Shown piece after piece: positions 1 to 10,244 of a stretch of DNA of 64,000 nt; within the stretch, counting starts at the first letter, position 1, and each line of letters opens with the position of its first letter. The position numbers and the translations under genes were made by a program. The DNA is taken from contig CBDDPY010000002.1 in assembly GCA_965232515.1 (NCBI GenBank), forward strand, positions 7,268,417-7,332,416, read 5' to 3'. The stretch is from Alphaproteobacteria bacterium (lineage in GTDB: Bacteria > Pseudomonadota > Alphaproteobacteria > GCA-2731375). The notes under the pieces were generated by a model. The model saw only the letters and a program-made list of their open reading frames with translations, searched no databases and was not told the origin of the DNA.

Positions 1-333
1 TGAAAACCGCTTCCAGGACAAGGCCAAGCGGCCCATGCGCGACATCGACTGGGCGGCCTGGATGGCCGTGAAGGCGGTGGCGGAGGCGGTTCAGCGCACC
101 GAGAGCAAGGACTTCGCCGTTCTGCGCGACTATCTGCGCGGGCCCGATCTTGTGCTCGACGGCTTCAAGGGCAACCGGCTCAACTTCCGGCCCTGGAACA
201 ACCAGCTGCGCCAGCCGATCCTGCTGGTGACGCATAATTGGGTGGTCGAGCGCGCGCCCATGAAAGGCTTCTTGCATCAGACCAACAACATGGACACCCT
301 GGGCTTCAACGAGACGAACAGTGGCTGCCGGTT

Positions 334-337
<4 letters not shown>
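1..337 (+). CDS. ABC transporter substrate-binding protein of PQQ-alcohol dehydrogenase systems (PedA1/LutA-like), 5'-truncated by window edge
   Basis: C-terminal motif DGFKG..L.FRPWNNQLRQPILL...GFLHQ.N.MDTLG....S.C is typical of the branched-chain-type SBP found with PQQ-ADH clusters; the frame is open to the window start. Confidence 0.8.
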
Positions 338-1082
<745 letters not shown>

Positions 1083-1086
<4 letters not shown>

Positions 1087-1895
1087 GCCCGATGCACTAT
1101 CTCCGTTGTTTCGCCGGTATCGCTTTGCGCGAGGCGCTGCGCTTCCTGCATCAGCGCGAGCGCTTCATCGCCGCCTTGGTGCGGCCGCTGGTCTGGCTGG
1201 TCGTGTTCGCCGCCGGCTTCCGCAACGTGCTCGGCGTCTCGATCATCCCGCCGTACGAGACCTACATCCTCTACGAGGTCTATATCGTGCCGGGCCTGAT
1301 CGGCATGATTCAGCTTTTCAACGGCATGCAGAGCTCGCTGTCCATGGTCTACGACCGCGAGATGGGCAGCATGCGCACGCTGCTGGTCAGTCCGCTGCCG
1401 CGCTGGTATCTGCTGGTGGCGAAGCTGCTGGCCGGCACCATCGTCTCGATCCTGCAGGTCTATGCCTTCCTGATCATCGCCGCGGCTTTCGGCGTCGAGG
1501 TGCCGTGGCTCGGCTTTCTGACCGTGCTGCCGGCATTGATTCTGACCGGCCTGATGCTGGGCGCGCTCGGTCTCTTGCTGTCGTCGCTGATCAAGCAGCT
1601 CGAGAATTTCGCCGGGATCATGAACTTCGTGATCTTCCCGATGTTCTTCCTGTCGTCGGCGCTCTATCCGCTCTGGCGCATGCGGGAGTCGAGCGATCTG
1701 CTGTACATGATCTGCGCCGCCAACCCGTTCACGCACGCCGTCGAAACCATCCGCTTCGCGCTCTACGGCCAGGTCAATCTCGAGATGCTGTTCTATACCT
1801 TGATCACGCTCCTGGTGTTCGTCGGCGCCGCGATCTACGGCTACAACCCCGCCCGCGGCATGCTCAGCCGCAAGGCCGGCGCCGGCGGCGGTTGA
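1083..1895 (+). CDS. ABC-2 type permease (PedC/LutF-like)
   Basis: Hydrophobic protein with FNGMQSSLSMVYDREMGSMR and LENFAGIMNFVIFPMFFLSSALYPLW; ATGA overlap with the ATPase gene. Confidence 0.85.
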
Positions 1896-1965
1896 GGCGC
1901 GCGTTGTGAACTGTCTTGGATAGCGCGCTCAGATATAAACGACTGGATTGGCGGAACTGCTTTTT

Positions 1966-2092
1966 GCCCTCACCCCAACCCTCTCCCGCAAGCGGGAGAG
2001 GGGGCCGCTGTCGCTGCGGTTTTGCATCCCCTCTCCCGCTTGCGGGAGAGGGAGGGACCCACGCGACGCCAGTCGCGTGGGAGGGTGAGGGC
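1966..2092. repeat. REP/RIME-like palindromic element, copy 1
   Basis: 10-bp terminal inverted repeat GCCCTCACCC/GGGTGAGGGC; internal hairpins CCCTCTCCCGCAAGCGGGAGAGGG, CCCTCTCCCGCTTGCGGGAGAGGG and CCCACGCGAC-gcca-GTCGCGTGGG; lies between convergent genes. Confidence 0.85.
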
Positions 2093-2146
2093 GACAAGAG
2101 TCAAAACGTCGGCGGCTTTGAGCTGGGACCGCCTTTATTGCTCCCG

Positions 2147-2902
2147 TCACGACGTCAGGATCTGCGCCAGTTCGGGGCCGTGGTCGGTGAGCAGTTGCGC
2201 GCGGATGGCGTCGACCTCGGCGTCGCCGCGGCGGGGGCGCGGCAGGTCGATGGGTATGTCGGCGATGACATGCGCCGGGCCGGCCGACAGAAAAACGATG
2301 CGGTCGGCGAGGTGGATCGCCTCGCGCAGGTCGTGGGTGACGAACAACACCGTGGTGGGACGCAGCGACCAGATTTCGATCAGCAGCCGGCGCAGGCGTT
2401 CGGCCGTCGGCGCGTCGAGCGACGCAAAGGGCTCGTCCATCAGCAGCAGGTCGGGCTCGACCACGAAGGCGCGGGCGAGGGCCACCCGGCGCGCCAGGCC
2501 CAGCGAGAGCTGGCCAGGAAAGGCGTTGCGATGGCTGTCCAACCCCATGGCCGACAGCAGCGACCCGATCCGCCCGTTCGCGGCGGCCGCGTCGTCGATC
2601 GCCAATCGGATGTTCTCCTCGACCGTGCGCCAGGGCAGCAGGCGCGGGTCCTGGAAGACGTAGCCGATCACGGGCGTTGTCCGCCCCTCGGCCGTCGGCA
2701 GGTCGACCTTGCCGTCGAAATCGGCATCCAGGCCGGCGACGATGTTCAGGACCGTGGTCTTGCCACAGCCCGACGGCCCGAACAGGCAGACGAACTCGCC
2801 GGCCCGGCCCGACAGCCGCAGGTCCTGCAACGCGACGCGCGGCTGATCGCCGCCGGCGGCGCGATAGCACTTCCGACGCACGTCGATAGCGATCTGGTTC
2901 AT
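2147..2902 (-). CDS. ABC transporter ATP-binding protein (TauB/SsuB-like)
   Basis: GPSGCGKT, VFQDPRLLPWRTV, LLLMDEPF, FVTHD; ATG at 2902 overlaps the permease stop. Confidence 0.85.
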   Translation of the reverse strand: MNQIAIDVRRKCYRAAGGDQPRVALQDLRLSGRAGEFVCLFGPSGCGKTTVLNIVAGLDADFDGKVDLPTAEGRTTPVIGYVFQDPRLLPWRTVEENIRLAIDDAAAANGRIGSLLSAMGLDSHRNAFPGQLSLGLARRVALARAFVVEPDLLLMDEPFASLDAPTAERLRRLLIEIWSLRPTTVLFVTHDLREAIHLADRIVFLSAGPAHVIADIPIDLPRPRRGDAEVDAIRAQLLTDHGPELAQILTS

Positions 2903-3669
2903 GGCCGCCATCGGCTTACCCGGCGTTCCAGGGGTTGCATCATGCCAAACTCGATGACCTGCATGATGGCGACGAAAGCGAGCGTGTAGGCCAGGATCCG
3001 GGTCACGTCGAAGAGCTGGAAATAGACCTGAAGCTGGAAGCCGACGCCGCTGCTGCGTCCTAACAGCTCGACCACCAGCACGATCTTCCAGATCAGCGCC
3101 AAGCCGGAGCGGGCGGCCGCCACCAGGAACGGGTAGAGCTGCGGCAGCACCACATGCCGCAACGTTCGCGTCCGGCCGAAGCGGTAGATCGTCGCCATCT
3201 CCTGATAGCCCGGGTCCAGAGCGCGGGCGCCCTCGCGGACGACGACGACCACGGTCGGGATCTTGTTGATCGCCACGGCGCCGATGGCCGCCGCCTCGAT
3301 CAGGCCGAACCAGACATAGGCCAGGATGATGGTGACGAGCGCCGGGATGTTCAGCAGCAGGATCAACCAACTGTCGAAGAACAGGTTGAAGCGAGCGAGG
3401 CGGCCCATGACGATGCCGATGGCCGTGCCGATGACCATGGCGATCAGGAAGGCGGCCGCGACGCGGGCCAGCGTGACGCCGAGATGGAACAGCATCTCGC
3501 CGTGCTCGATTTCCTCGACCAGGACCTCGATGACGGACATCGGCGTCGGCAACAGCCGGCTGCCGGCCAATACGGCGGCGAGATACCAGAGCGCGAACAG
3601 CGCGGTGATCGACGCCAACGTAAACAGCGTCCGGTGACGGTCCTCCTGCGATCTGTCAGGAGCCGGCAT
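2899..3669 (-). CDS. ABC transporter permease (TauC/SsuC-like)
   Basis: Multiple TM segments; VVLPQLYP..AARSGLALIWKIVLVVELLG motif. Confidence 0.85.
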   Translation of the reverse strand: MPAPDRSQEDRHRTLFTLASITALFALWYLAAVLAGSRLLPTPMSVIEVLVEEIEHGEMLFHLGVTLARVAAAFLIAMVIGTAIGIVMGRLARFNLFFDSWLILLLNIPALVTIILAYVWFGLIEAAAIGAVAINKIPTVVVVVREGARALDPGYQEMATIYRFGRTRTLRHVVLPQLYPFLVAAARSGLALIWKIVLVVELLGRSSGVGFQLQVYFQLFDVTRILAYTLAFVAIMQVIEFGMMQPLERRVSRWRP

Positions 3670-4645
3670 CCGGCCAGAAGGTGCCCGGCTGCAGGGTCGA
3701 GGTATCGCCGACCAGCTTGGCGCCGCCGGCCGCGGCCAGGATCTCGAACAGCCGGGCGGCGTCCTGCCATTGCGGTTCGCCCCAGGCCGTCGGAATACCC
3801 TCGACGTAACCGGCCCGAAGCGCGGCCCCGGTCTTGTCGTCCGGCGCCTTCATCAGCGGCGCGATGCGCTGCCATTCGTCGTCGGAGTGGCGCAGGATGG
3901 CCTTGGCGCCACGCACGGCCGTGAGGAAGCCCCGCACCGCTTCCGGGTTGGCCTTGGCCCAGGACTCGCGGAAGGTGTAGCCCAGCATGGGCACGTCGCC
4001 GCCGGTACCGAGTTGGCGCGCCACCTCGGTGACGCCGACAACGCGTTTGTGGCCTTGCGCCTCCAGCCGTGCCGCGTAGTGCCAGAATGTCAGAACGGCA
4101 TCGAGCTCGCCGTTGGCGACGAGCTCGCTCAGCAGCGGCGGCGCGCCGAAGACCGGCTCCACCTCGGCCTTCAGATCCATGCCGTGCTTGGAGGCGGCCA
4201 GCGCCTGCAGCAGCAGCCAGCTCTTGTCGAGCGGCCCGCCGGCGATGCCGAGCCGCTTGCCGCGCAGGCCGGGAATATCGTCGATGCCGGCGGCCTTCGC
4301 GGCGACCAGCGCGCCGAGCGCGGTGGAGTAGGGCGTGAAGGTGAAGTCCGCACCCTCGCTGCGTTGCCGCGAGACCCAGATCCAGTCCATGACGATGACA
4401 TCGACGGCGTCGGCCTGCAACGCCACCTTGGTGGCCTGCGGGCTGGCGAGACCGGTGATGTCGACCTCGATGCCCTGCTTGGCGTCGATGCCGTGGTGCT
4501 TCAGGACATCGAGCTCCCAGTTCACGGTGCCGAACTTCAGGACGCCGACGCGGATCACGGCCGGATCGGCGGCGCGCGCGGCCGGCATCCACGTCAAAAG
4601 GACGACAGCAACCAGCAGGGCGAGATGAACGATCGGCCGCTGCAT
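3656..4645 (-). CDS. ABC transporter substrate-binding protein, NMT1/SsuA fold, PqqT-like (putative PQQ-binding)
   Basis: Signal peptide, then GVLKFGTVNWELD, DWIWVSRQR, GIAGGPLDKSW; directly downstream of pqqE. Confidence 0.75.
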   Translation of the reverse strand: MQRPIVHLALLVAVVLLTWMPAARAADPAVIRVGVLKFGTVNWELDVLKHHGIDAKQGIEVDITGLASPQATKVALQADAVDVIVMDWIWVSRQRSEGADFTFTPYSTALGALVAAKAAGIDDIPGLRGKRLGIAGGPLDKSWLLLQALAASKHGMDLKAEVEPVFGAPPLLSELVANGELDAVLTFWHYAARLEAQGHKRVVGVTEVARQLGTGGDVPMLGYTFRESWAKANPEAVRGFLTAVRGAKAILRHSDDEWQRIAPLMKAPDDKTGAALRAGYVEGIPTAWGEPQWQDAARLFEILAAAGGAKLVGDTSTLQPGTFWPDAGS

Positions 4646-4658
4646 GGCGGTCCGCATG

Positions 4659-5750
4659 TCAGGCGTTGCCGTAGCGCCGGTAGATAAATGCCGGCGCCTC
4701 GCTGGCGGACTCGGTACGTGCCAACTCGAAGATTTGTGGATGAAGCGGCGATTTCGCGCAGGCCGGATCGGTGTTGCCGGCATCGCCCGTCAGCGCCAGG
4801 GCCTGGCAGCGGCAGCCGCCCCAGTCGATCTCGCGCTGGTCGCAGCTTTTGCAAGGCTCGGGCATCCAGTCGGTGCCGCGGAACCGCTGGAAGGCCGCGG
4901 AGTCTTGCCAGATCTCATTGAGCGGGCGATCGCGCACGGAATCGAAATCCAGTTCCGGTATGCTTTCCGCCGCGTGGCAGGGCAGCACCTTGCCGGCCGG
5001 CGAGACGTTCAGGAACCGCCGTCCCCAGCCGCCCATGCAGGCCTTCGGCCGCCGGGCATAGTAATCCGGCACGACATAGTCGATCACCAGGACGCCGGTC
5101 AGCCGTTCGCGCGCCGCGTCGACGATTTCGGTCGCGCGCTCGATCTGCGCCAGCGTGGGGATGAAGGCGGCGCGGTTCTTGAGCGCCCAGCCGTAATACT
5201 GCACATGCGCGACCTCGAGCCGCGCGGCGTTCAGCGTGACGGCGAGATCGATCATCGTATCCAGCCGGTCAAGGTTCTGGCGGTGCACGACGGCGTTGAT
5301 GGTGAGCGGCAGCCCCGCCGCGCGCACCAGCCGCGCGACGTCCATCTTACGCTGATGGCCGCCCTTGTAGCCGCCGATGCGTTCGGCCGTTTCTGTCTCG
5401 CTGTCCTGGATGCTGAGCTGCACGTGGTCGAGCCCGGCCGCGTCGAGCGCGGCGATACGGGCTTCGTCCAGCAATACGCCCGAGGTGATGAGATTGCTGT
5501 AGAGACCGGCGTCAGCGGCGTGCTGAACCAGGTCCGGCAGGTCCGGCCGCGCTGTCGGTTCGCCCCCCGAGAAGTGGATCTGCAGCACGCCCATGTCGGC
5601 GGCTTCGTCCATGACGCGGCGCCACTCGTCCGTCGTCAATTCGCCGCTGCGCTGCACGAGCTCCAGCGGATTGGAGCAATAGGGGCATTGCAGCGGACAG
5701 CGGTGGGTCAGTTCGGCCAGCAGGGCGAGTGGCGGATCCGGTCCGGTCAT
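4659..5750 (-). CDS. pqqE: PQQ biosynthesis radical SAM/SPASM peptide cyclase PqqE
   Basis: [19 protein letters not shown] (CxxxCxxC), [19 protein letters not shown]......GGCRCQA. Confidence 0.97.
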   Translation of the reverse strand: MTGPDPPLALLAELTHRCPLQCPYCSNPLELVQRSGELTTDEWRRVMDEAADMGVLQIHFSGGEPTARPDLPDLVQHAADAGLYSNLITSGVLLDEARIAALDAAGLDHVQLSIQDSETETAERIGGYKGGHQRKMDVARLVRAAGLPLTINAVVHRQNLDRLDTMIDLAVTLNAARLEVAHVQYYGWALKNRAAFIPTLAQIERATEIVDAARERLTGVLVIDYVVPDYYARRPKACMGGWGRRFLNVSPAGKVLPCHAAESIPELDFDSVRDRPLNEIWQDSAAFQRFRGTDWMPEPCKSCDQREIDWGGCRCQALALTGDAGNTDPACAKSPLHPQIFELARTESASEAPAFIYRRYGNA

Positions 5751-6031
5751 GCCTCGACCACTCCCTTGTCCGCCAGGTCCTGCAGCATGGCCAGCACGTC
5801 CTTGGCGATGGTCTCGCGCGGCGCTTCGAAGGTCGCCACCAGGTCGTCGATGATGGCGGCGACGCTGTCGCCCTTGCAGCGCTGCAGGACCTCGACGGCG
5901 ATGTCGTCCGGCATCAGCACGCGTTCGGGCGCCAGGATGACCCAGCAGTCGCGCGCCTTGTCGAACCGCATCTTGCAGTGGCGCGGCAGCCGCGGCACGG
6001 AGTCTTCGCCGATGACCAGACGGTCGGCCAT
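5747..6031 (-). CDS. pqqD: PQQ peptide chaperone PqqD
   Basis: 94 aa, [17 protein letters not shown], located between pqqC and pqqE. Confidence 0.93.
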   Translation of the reverse strand: MADRLVIGEDSVPRLPRHCKMRFDKARDCWVILAPERVLMPDDIAVEVLQRCKGDSVAAIIDDLVATFEAPRETIAKDVLAMLQDLADKGVVEA

Positions 6032-6034
6032 GGC

Positions 6035-6778
6035 CTAGCGGTCCGTCGCCGGGTCGGGCACGAAAGCGCCCGGCGGGATATGGCCGGGCTCGACATAGGC
6101 GTAGTGAAGGGCGTCAAGCTGCGACCAGAGCACGCCGCACTTGAAGCGCAATGCATCGCAGACCGCCTTGCGCAGTTCCGGCGTGGTTGCGTGCTCCTTC
6201 ACATGGTTTAACGCGAAATCGGCGTCCCGCGGCGCCTGGTGCAGGCGCTTGTCGAAATAGGCCAGCGTCTCCTGGCTGACGAAGTCGTAGTTCGCGAGCA
6301 TACCGGCGACCCGCGTGGCGATGGTCGACGGCGCGAACATCTCGGTCAGCGACGAGGCGATGGCTTCCAGGATCGAACGGTCGCGCACGTAATGGATATA
6401 GGCCTCGACGGCAAACCGCGTGCCCGGCAGCAGGCCGTCGGTCGAGATCACATATGACCGGTCGAGCCCGAGGCCGTCGGTCAGCTTGAGCCAGCGTTCG
6501 ATGCCGCCGGCGTCGGCGTTTTCGCCGTCATGATCCAGGATGCGCTGGCGCCAGATCCGCCTGAGCGCCGGATCGTCGAGCCGGGCCAGCAGGGTCGCGT
6601 CCTTGATCGGGATGCAAGCCTGGTAGTAGTAGCGGTTCAGCGCCCAGGCCTGGACTTGCGCCTTGCTCAGCTCGCCGGCGTTCAGAAGCTGGTGAAACGG
6701 ATGCTTGTTGTGGTAGCGCTCGTCGCCGATCGCCCGCAGTTCCCGTTCCAGGTCGTCCGGTGTGGCAAGTGCGTTCAC
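6035..6778 (-). CDS. pqqC: Pyrroloquinoline-quinone synthase PqqC
   Basis: [44 protein letters not shown]; GTG start overlaps the pqqB stop. Confidence 0.96.
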   Translation of the reverse strand: MNALATPDDLERELRAIGDERYHNKHPFHQLLNAGELSKAQVQAWALNRYYYQACIPIKDATLLARLDDPALRRIWRQRILDHDGENADAGGIERWLKLTDGLGLDRSYVISTDGLLPGTRFAVEAYIHYVRDRSILEAIASSLTEMFAPSTIATRVAGMLANYDFVSQETLAYFDKRLHQAPRDADFALNHVKEHATTPELRKAVCDALRFKCGVLWSQLDALHYAYVEPGHIPPGAFVPDPATDR

Positions 6779-7704
6779 AGCTCGATCTCCATGCCGTCGC
6801 GGGCGACCTCCCAGCCGGCCGCCTCGACCTCGGCGCGTTCCGGGCTGTCGTCGACGATGACCGGGTTGGTGTTGTTGATATGGATGAACATGCGTCGCGC
6901 CACATCGAGGCCGTCGAAGGCCGCGATCGAGCCGTCCGGTCCGGACATGCTCATATGTCCCATGCGTTGGCCGGTCTTCACGCCAACGCCGCCGGCGACC
7001 ATCTCGTCGTCGGTCCATAATGTGCCGTCGAACATCACCAGCGGCGCGCCCTTGAGCCGTTCCGCCAGCTCGGGCGTCATCGCCGCGCAGCCCGGAATGT
7101 GAAAGAAGTGCGCGTCGCTGTTGCGTTCCGAGACGCGCAAGCCGACGGTGTCCTCCGCCTGGGTGCCGAAATTTGCGCCGGCATCCGGGTTTTCGAGATA
7201 GAGCGCGACCTTGCCGGGCACGGCGAAGGCTTCGACCGACAGACCGATGTCGTCGCCGTCGCGCGTCGTCAGCGCAAACGGCTGGTCGAGCGCGAAATCC
7301 CGGCGCGCCACGAAATCCGGGTTGAGGACGTTGAAAATCGAGTTTTCCGCCAAGGTCTGAAGCACCCGTCTGCTGCCATAGAGCGCCAACGGCTGGCTCT
7401 CGCGCAGATTCAACAGTCCGGCGACGTGGTCGACATCGCCGTTCGTCAGCACCACGCCAGCGATGGGGCTATGGCGTTTGCCCGTCTTCGGGTGAAGCTG
7501 CCGATTGTCGGCAATCTGCTGCCGCAGGTCCGGGGATGCGTTGAACAGGCACCAGCGCTCGCCGTCGGCGCTCACCGCGATCGACGATTGTGTCTGCGGC
7601 CGCGCGTTCGGATCTCCGCCGCGCGACCGCTGACAGTTGTCGCTGTTCGTGTTCCACTGCGGAAAGCCGCCGCCCGCCGCAGCGCCAAGTACAACTATAT
7701 GCAT
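6775..7704 (-). CDS. pqqB: PQQ biosynthesis protein PqqB
   Basis: VLGAAAGGGFPQWN, TQSSIAVS, NASPDLRQQI, FIHINNTNP. Confidence 0.97.
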   Translation of the reverse strand: MHIVVLGAAAGGGFPQWNTNSDNCQRSRGGDPNARPQTQSSIAVSADGERWCLFNASPDLRQQIADNRQLHPKTGKRHSPIAGVVLTNGDVDHVAGLLNLRESQPLALYGSRRVLQTLAENSIFNVLNPDFVARRDFALDQPFALTTRDGDDIGLSVEAFAVPGKVALYLENPDAGANFGTQAEDTVGLRVSERNSDAHFFHIPGCAAMTPELAERLKGAPLVMFDGTLWTDDEMVAGGVGVKTGQRMGHMSMSGPDGSIAAFDGLDVARRMFIHINNTNPVIVDDSPERAEVEAAGWEVARDGMEIEL

Positions 7705-7754
7705 CGCAACGTCCCGGACGTTGCGTTACCGGCCAGAGGCCGGAAATCGGAGTT

Positions 7755-7832
7755 TCAGTACTCCGCGCAGGCGTAGCAGTTGATCTCGCAGCCTACGGCG
7801 ATCTCGACGATCTTCGGTGTTGCCCACTTCAT
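7755..7832 (-). CDS. pqqA: PQQ precursor peptide PqqA (25 aa; not in the ORF track)
   Basis: Translated by hand: MKWATPKIVEIAVGCEINCYACAEY*, with ExxxY core (EINCY); RBS GGAGGGAG upstream; immediately upstream of pqqB. Confidence 0.95.
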   Translation of the reverse strand: MKWATPKIVEIAVGCEINCYACAEY

Positions 7833-8024
7833 CGCGACTCCCTCCAGTCCTTCGTTGGTTGCCCCCGGGCTTATGCAATCGCGCCGAACATTCCGTCAAA
7901 CCGCAATTTGCGCTCTACTGCACCCCTTGCGCCGACTACAGACGACACTTAGCCATGAAGAGCATAGTGACAAGGGATCGTCCGCTCAAGTCTCTATCGC
8001 CCCGTGATTGGGCATTCCGATCAC

Positions 8025-8057
8025 CCGTCACACACATGTCACATAGATGTCTGGCGG
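8025..8057. promoter_or_regulatory. Possible OmpR/PhoB-type tandem binding site in the pqqA/dehydrogenase divergent intergenic region
   Basis: GTCACA at 8027 and 8038 and GTCT at 8049, all with 11-bp spacing. Confidence 0.3.
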
Positions 8058-8362
8058 CGATTTGGCTTCGCGCTGGAAATGATCCGCCCCCCGCGCCATA
8101 CTGTTCCGGTACGGCAGAGGGCATTGCGTTGGGGGTCGGGGCGTCTGCACCGGTCGACGCAAATAGTACGTACAGGCATCGATCGGTATCAGGCCGTCCG
8201 GCAGTGTTTGTCCTGTCAGCACCCATGCGCGGTGTCCGCTGCGTTGTTGGCAGCAAATGCACGTCTGTAAAGGAGTTGCACTTAAGACCATAGAGACCAG
8301 TACGCAGCGTATGGAAGTCGCGCCTACTCAAAACCAAGCAATCAAATTGGGGAGGGAAGTCG

Positions 8363-10153
8363 ATGAAGCGTGTTCCTAAAAGCAGCGTAACCCGGCGGCA
8401 TATGTTGGCCGCCTCCGCGGTCGCGGCACTCGCCGCGGGCGCAATCTCCGTGCCGACCGCGCTGGCGGATTCTTCGGCCGACAACATCAAAAACTGTCCG
8501 CCGAGCGATTGGTGCGCCTATCACCGCAGCACGGACAAGGCTTGGCGGCATAGCCCGCTCGACCAGATCAATACCGGAAACGTGAAGGACCTGAAGCCGG
8601 CCTGGATGTTCATGCCGGGCAACGGCCAGATGGGCATGCAGGCGACGCCGTTGGTGGTCGGCGGCACCATGTATGTCTCGACGACGCCGTCCTCGGTCTG
8701 GGCGCTCGACGCCAAGACCGGCGCCCGCAAATGGGCGTTTCAGCCGGATATGGACGAGGCCGTGGTGTCGCGGTCGTTCTTCGCCCACACCCGTGGCCTG
8801 ACCGTCGGCGACGGCCGGGTCTATATGGGCACGGCGGACGGTCGCCTGATCGCGCTGAACGAAGATTCCGGCGAAGTGATCTGGGACAAGCAGCTGGTCG
8901 ACTCGCAGAAAGACACTGCCGGCTTCAGCGGCGCCGGCACGTTCGTCAGCTCCGACCTGCTGGTCATCGGCCAGAACGGCGGCGAGTATCCGGTCGAAGG
9001 GCGGATCTTCGGCGTCGATCCGAAAAGCGGCGATGTCAAGTGGACGTTCTATACGACCGGCCGCGGCGACGAGCGGGCGCTGGCCACCTGGGGCGGCGAT
9101 TCCTGGAAGTATGGCGGCGGCGGCTCCTGGCAGCCCGGCACCGTCGACTACGAGAACAACCAGATCCTGATCGGCACCGGTAATCCCAATCCGGACTATG
9201 ACTTCTGCGGCGCCGAATGCATGGACGCCAACGCCAAGGCACACCGGCCCGGCACCAACCTCTACACCTCGTCGACGATCGCGCTCGATCTCGATACCGG
9301 CAAGCTGAACTGGTACTTCCAGGAAGCGCCGAGCGATCCCTACGACTACGACTCGGCAGTCGGCGAATATGTGATGATCGAGGGCGAGGACGGCCGCAAG
9401 CTGGTGCTGCACCCCGGCAAGAACGGCTTCAACCACGTTCACGACCGCAAGACCGGTCAGCCGATCAACGTCTATCCCGCCCAGAAGTCGCAGAACTGGA
9501 CCACCGGCTTCAACCTCGAGACCGGCCAGTGGGAGAACATGCTCTGGCCGAAAGCCGGAGAGAAGACGTTGGTCTGCCCGGCGATCGACGGCGGCCATAG
9601 CTGGAACGCGGGCGCCTACAGCCCCGATACCGGGCTGCAATACCGCGTCGTCAACGAGTGGTGCATGTACCTCGTCGTGAACCCGGAGGAAGGTGGCACG
9701 GCCACGGCCGGCACCGAAACCCGCGTCACCGATCCTTTCGCGCAAGTCTTCATGGCGGCCGAATGGGAAGGCACCGATCCGCCCGGCGACACCACGCACG
9801 GTCGGCTCGTGGCGCGCGATCCGGTCTCCGGCGACATCGCCTGGGAGAAGCGGTACGACATCATTCCGCACTCCGCCCTGCTGTCGACCGGCGGCGGCCT
9901 TGTCTTCAACGGCACCTATGACGGGTTCCTGGAGGCGCTGGACGCCAAGACGGGCGACGTGCTGTGGCGCTTCAACAACGGCACCGGCCACAATGGCGGC
10001 ATCGTGTCGTACGAGGTTGACGGCAAGCAGTATGTCGCGGCGGCGGTTGGCCACGGCTCGTATGTGGGCCGGGCGTTGGCCGACCACTACCACAAGGACA
10101 AGCTGATTGGTTATCAGGAGAGCGCGGCGATCGTCGTGTTCGCGCTCGACTAG
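8363..10153 (+). CDS. PQQ-dependent dehydrogenase (methanol/ethanol-type beta-propeller), putatively lanthanide-dependent
   Basis: SPLDQINTGNV.DL..AW, QATPLV, repeated ALDAKTG...W propeller motifs, GGEYP, GTGNP, DPYDYD, GKNGF; RBS GGGAGGG; twin-Arg-like leader TRRHML. Confidence 0.92.
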   Translation: MKRVPKSSVTRRHMLAASAVAALAAGAISVPTALADSSADNIKNCPPSDWCAYHRSTDKAWRHSPLDQINTGNVKDLKPAWMFMPGNGQMGMQATPLVVGGTMYVSTTPSSVWALDAKTGARKWAFQPDMDEAVVSRSFFAHTRGLTVGDGRVYMGTADGRLIALNEDSGEVIWDKQLVDSQKDTAGFSGAGTFVSSDLLVIGQNGGEYPVEGRIFGVDPKSGDVKWTFYTTGRGDERALATWGGDSWKYGGGGSWQPGTVDYENNQILIGTGNPNPDYDFCGAECMDANAKAHRPGTNLYTSSTIALDLDTGKLNWYFQEAPSDPYDYDSAVGEYVMIEGEDGRKLVLHPGKNGFNHVHDRKTGQPINVYPAQKSQNWTTGFNLETGQWENMLWPKAGEKTLVCPAIDGGHSWNAGAYSPDTGLQYRVVNEWCMYLVVNPEEGGTATAGTETRVTDPFAQVFMAAEWEGTDPPGDTTHGRLVARDPVSGDIAWEKRYDIIPHSALLSTGGGLVFNGTYDGFLEALDAKTGDVLWRFNNGTGHNGGIVSYEVDGKQYVAAAVGHGSYVGRALADHYHKDKLIGYQESAAIVVFALD

Positions 10154-10166
10154 CTGACGTGAAGCC

Positions 10167-10204
10167 GGCCGGGGCAGGCGGCGTGTAGCCGTCCTGCGCC
10201 GGCC
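10167..10204 (+). terminator. GC-rich stem-loop after the dehydrogenase (mRNA stabiliser or partial terminator)
   Basis: GGCCGGGGCAGGCGGC-gtgta-GCCGTCCTGCGCCGGCC imperfect hairpin; no clear U-tract. Confidence 0.4.
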
Positions 10205-10244
10205 GAGCTGTCGTTGATCATTTGTCAGTGTGGGAGAAGTGTTC

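Noticed and set aside
1966-2092. CRISPR array or IS element
   Set aside because: No spacer-separated direct repeats and no transposase; only hairpins of a short dispersed element
1864-2097. 77-aa ORF with PSPASGRG / PLPLAGEG peptides
   Set aside because: Translation of the REP-like palindromic element, not a protein gene
8246-8262. Sigma-54 promoter (TTGGCAGCAAATGC)
   Set aside because: GG-GC spacing is 8, not the required 10
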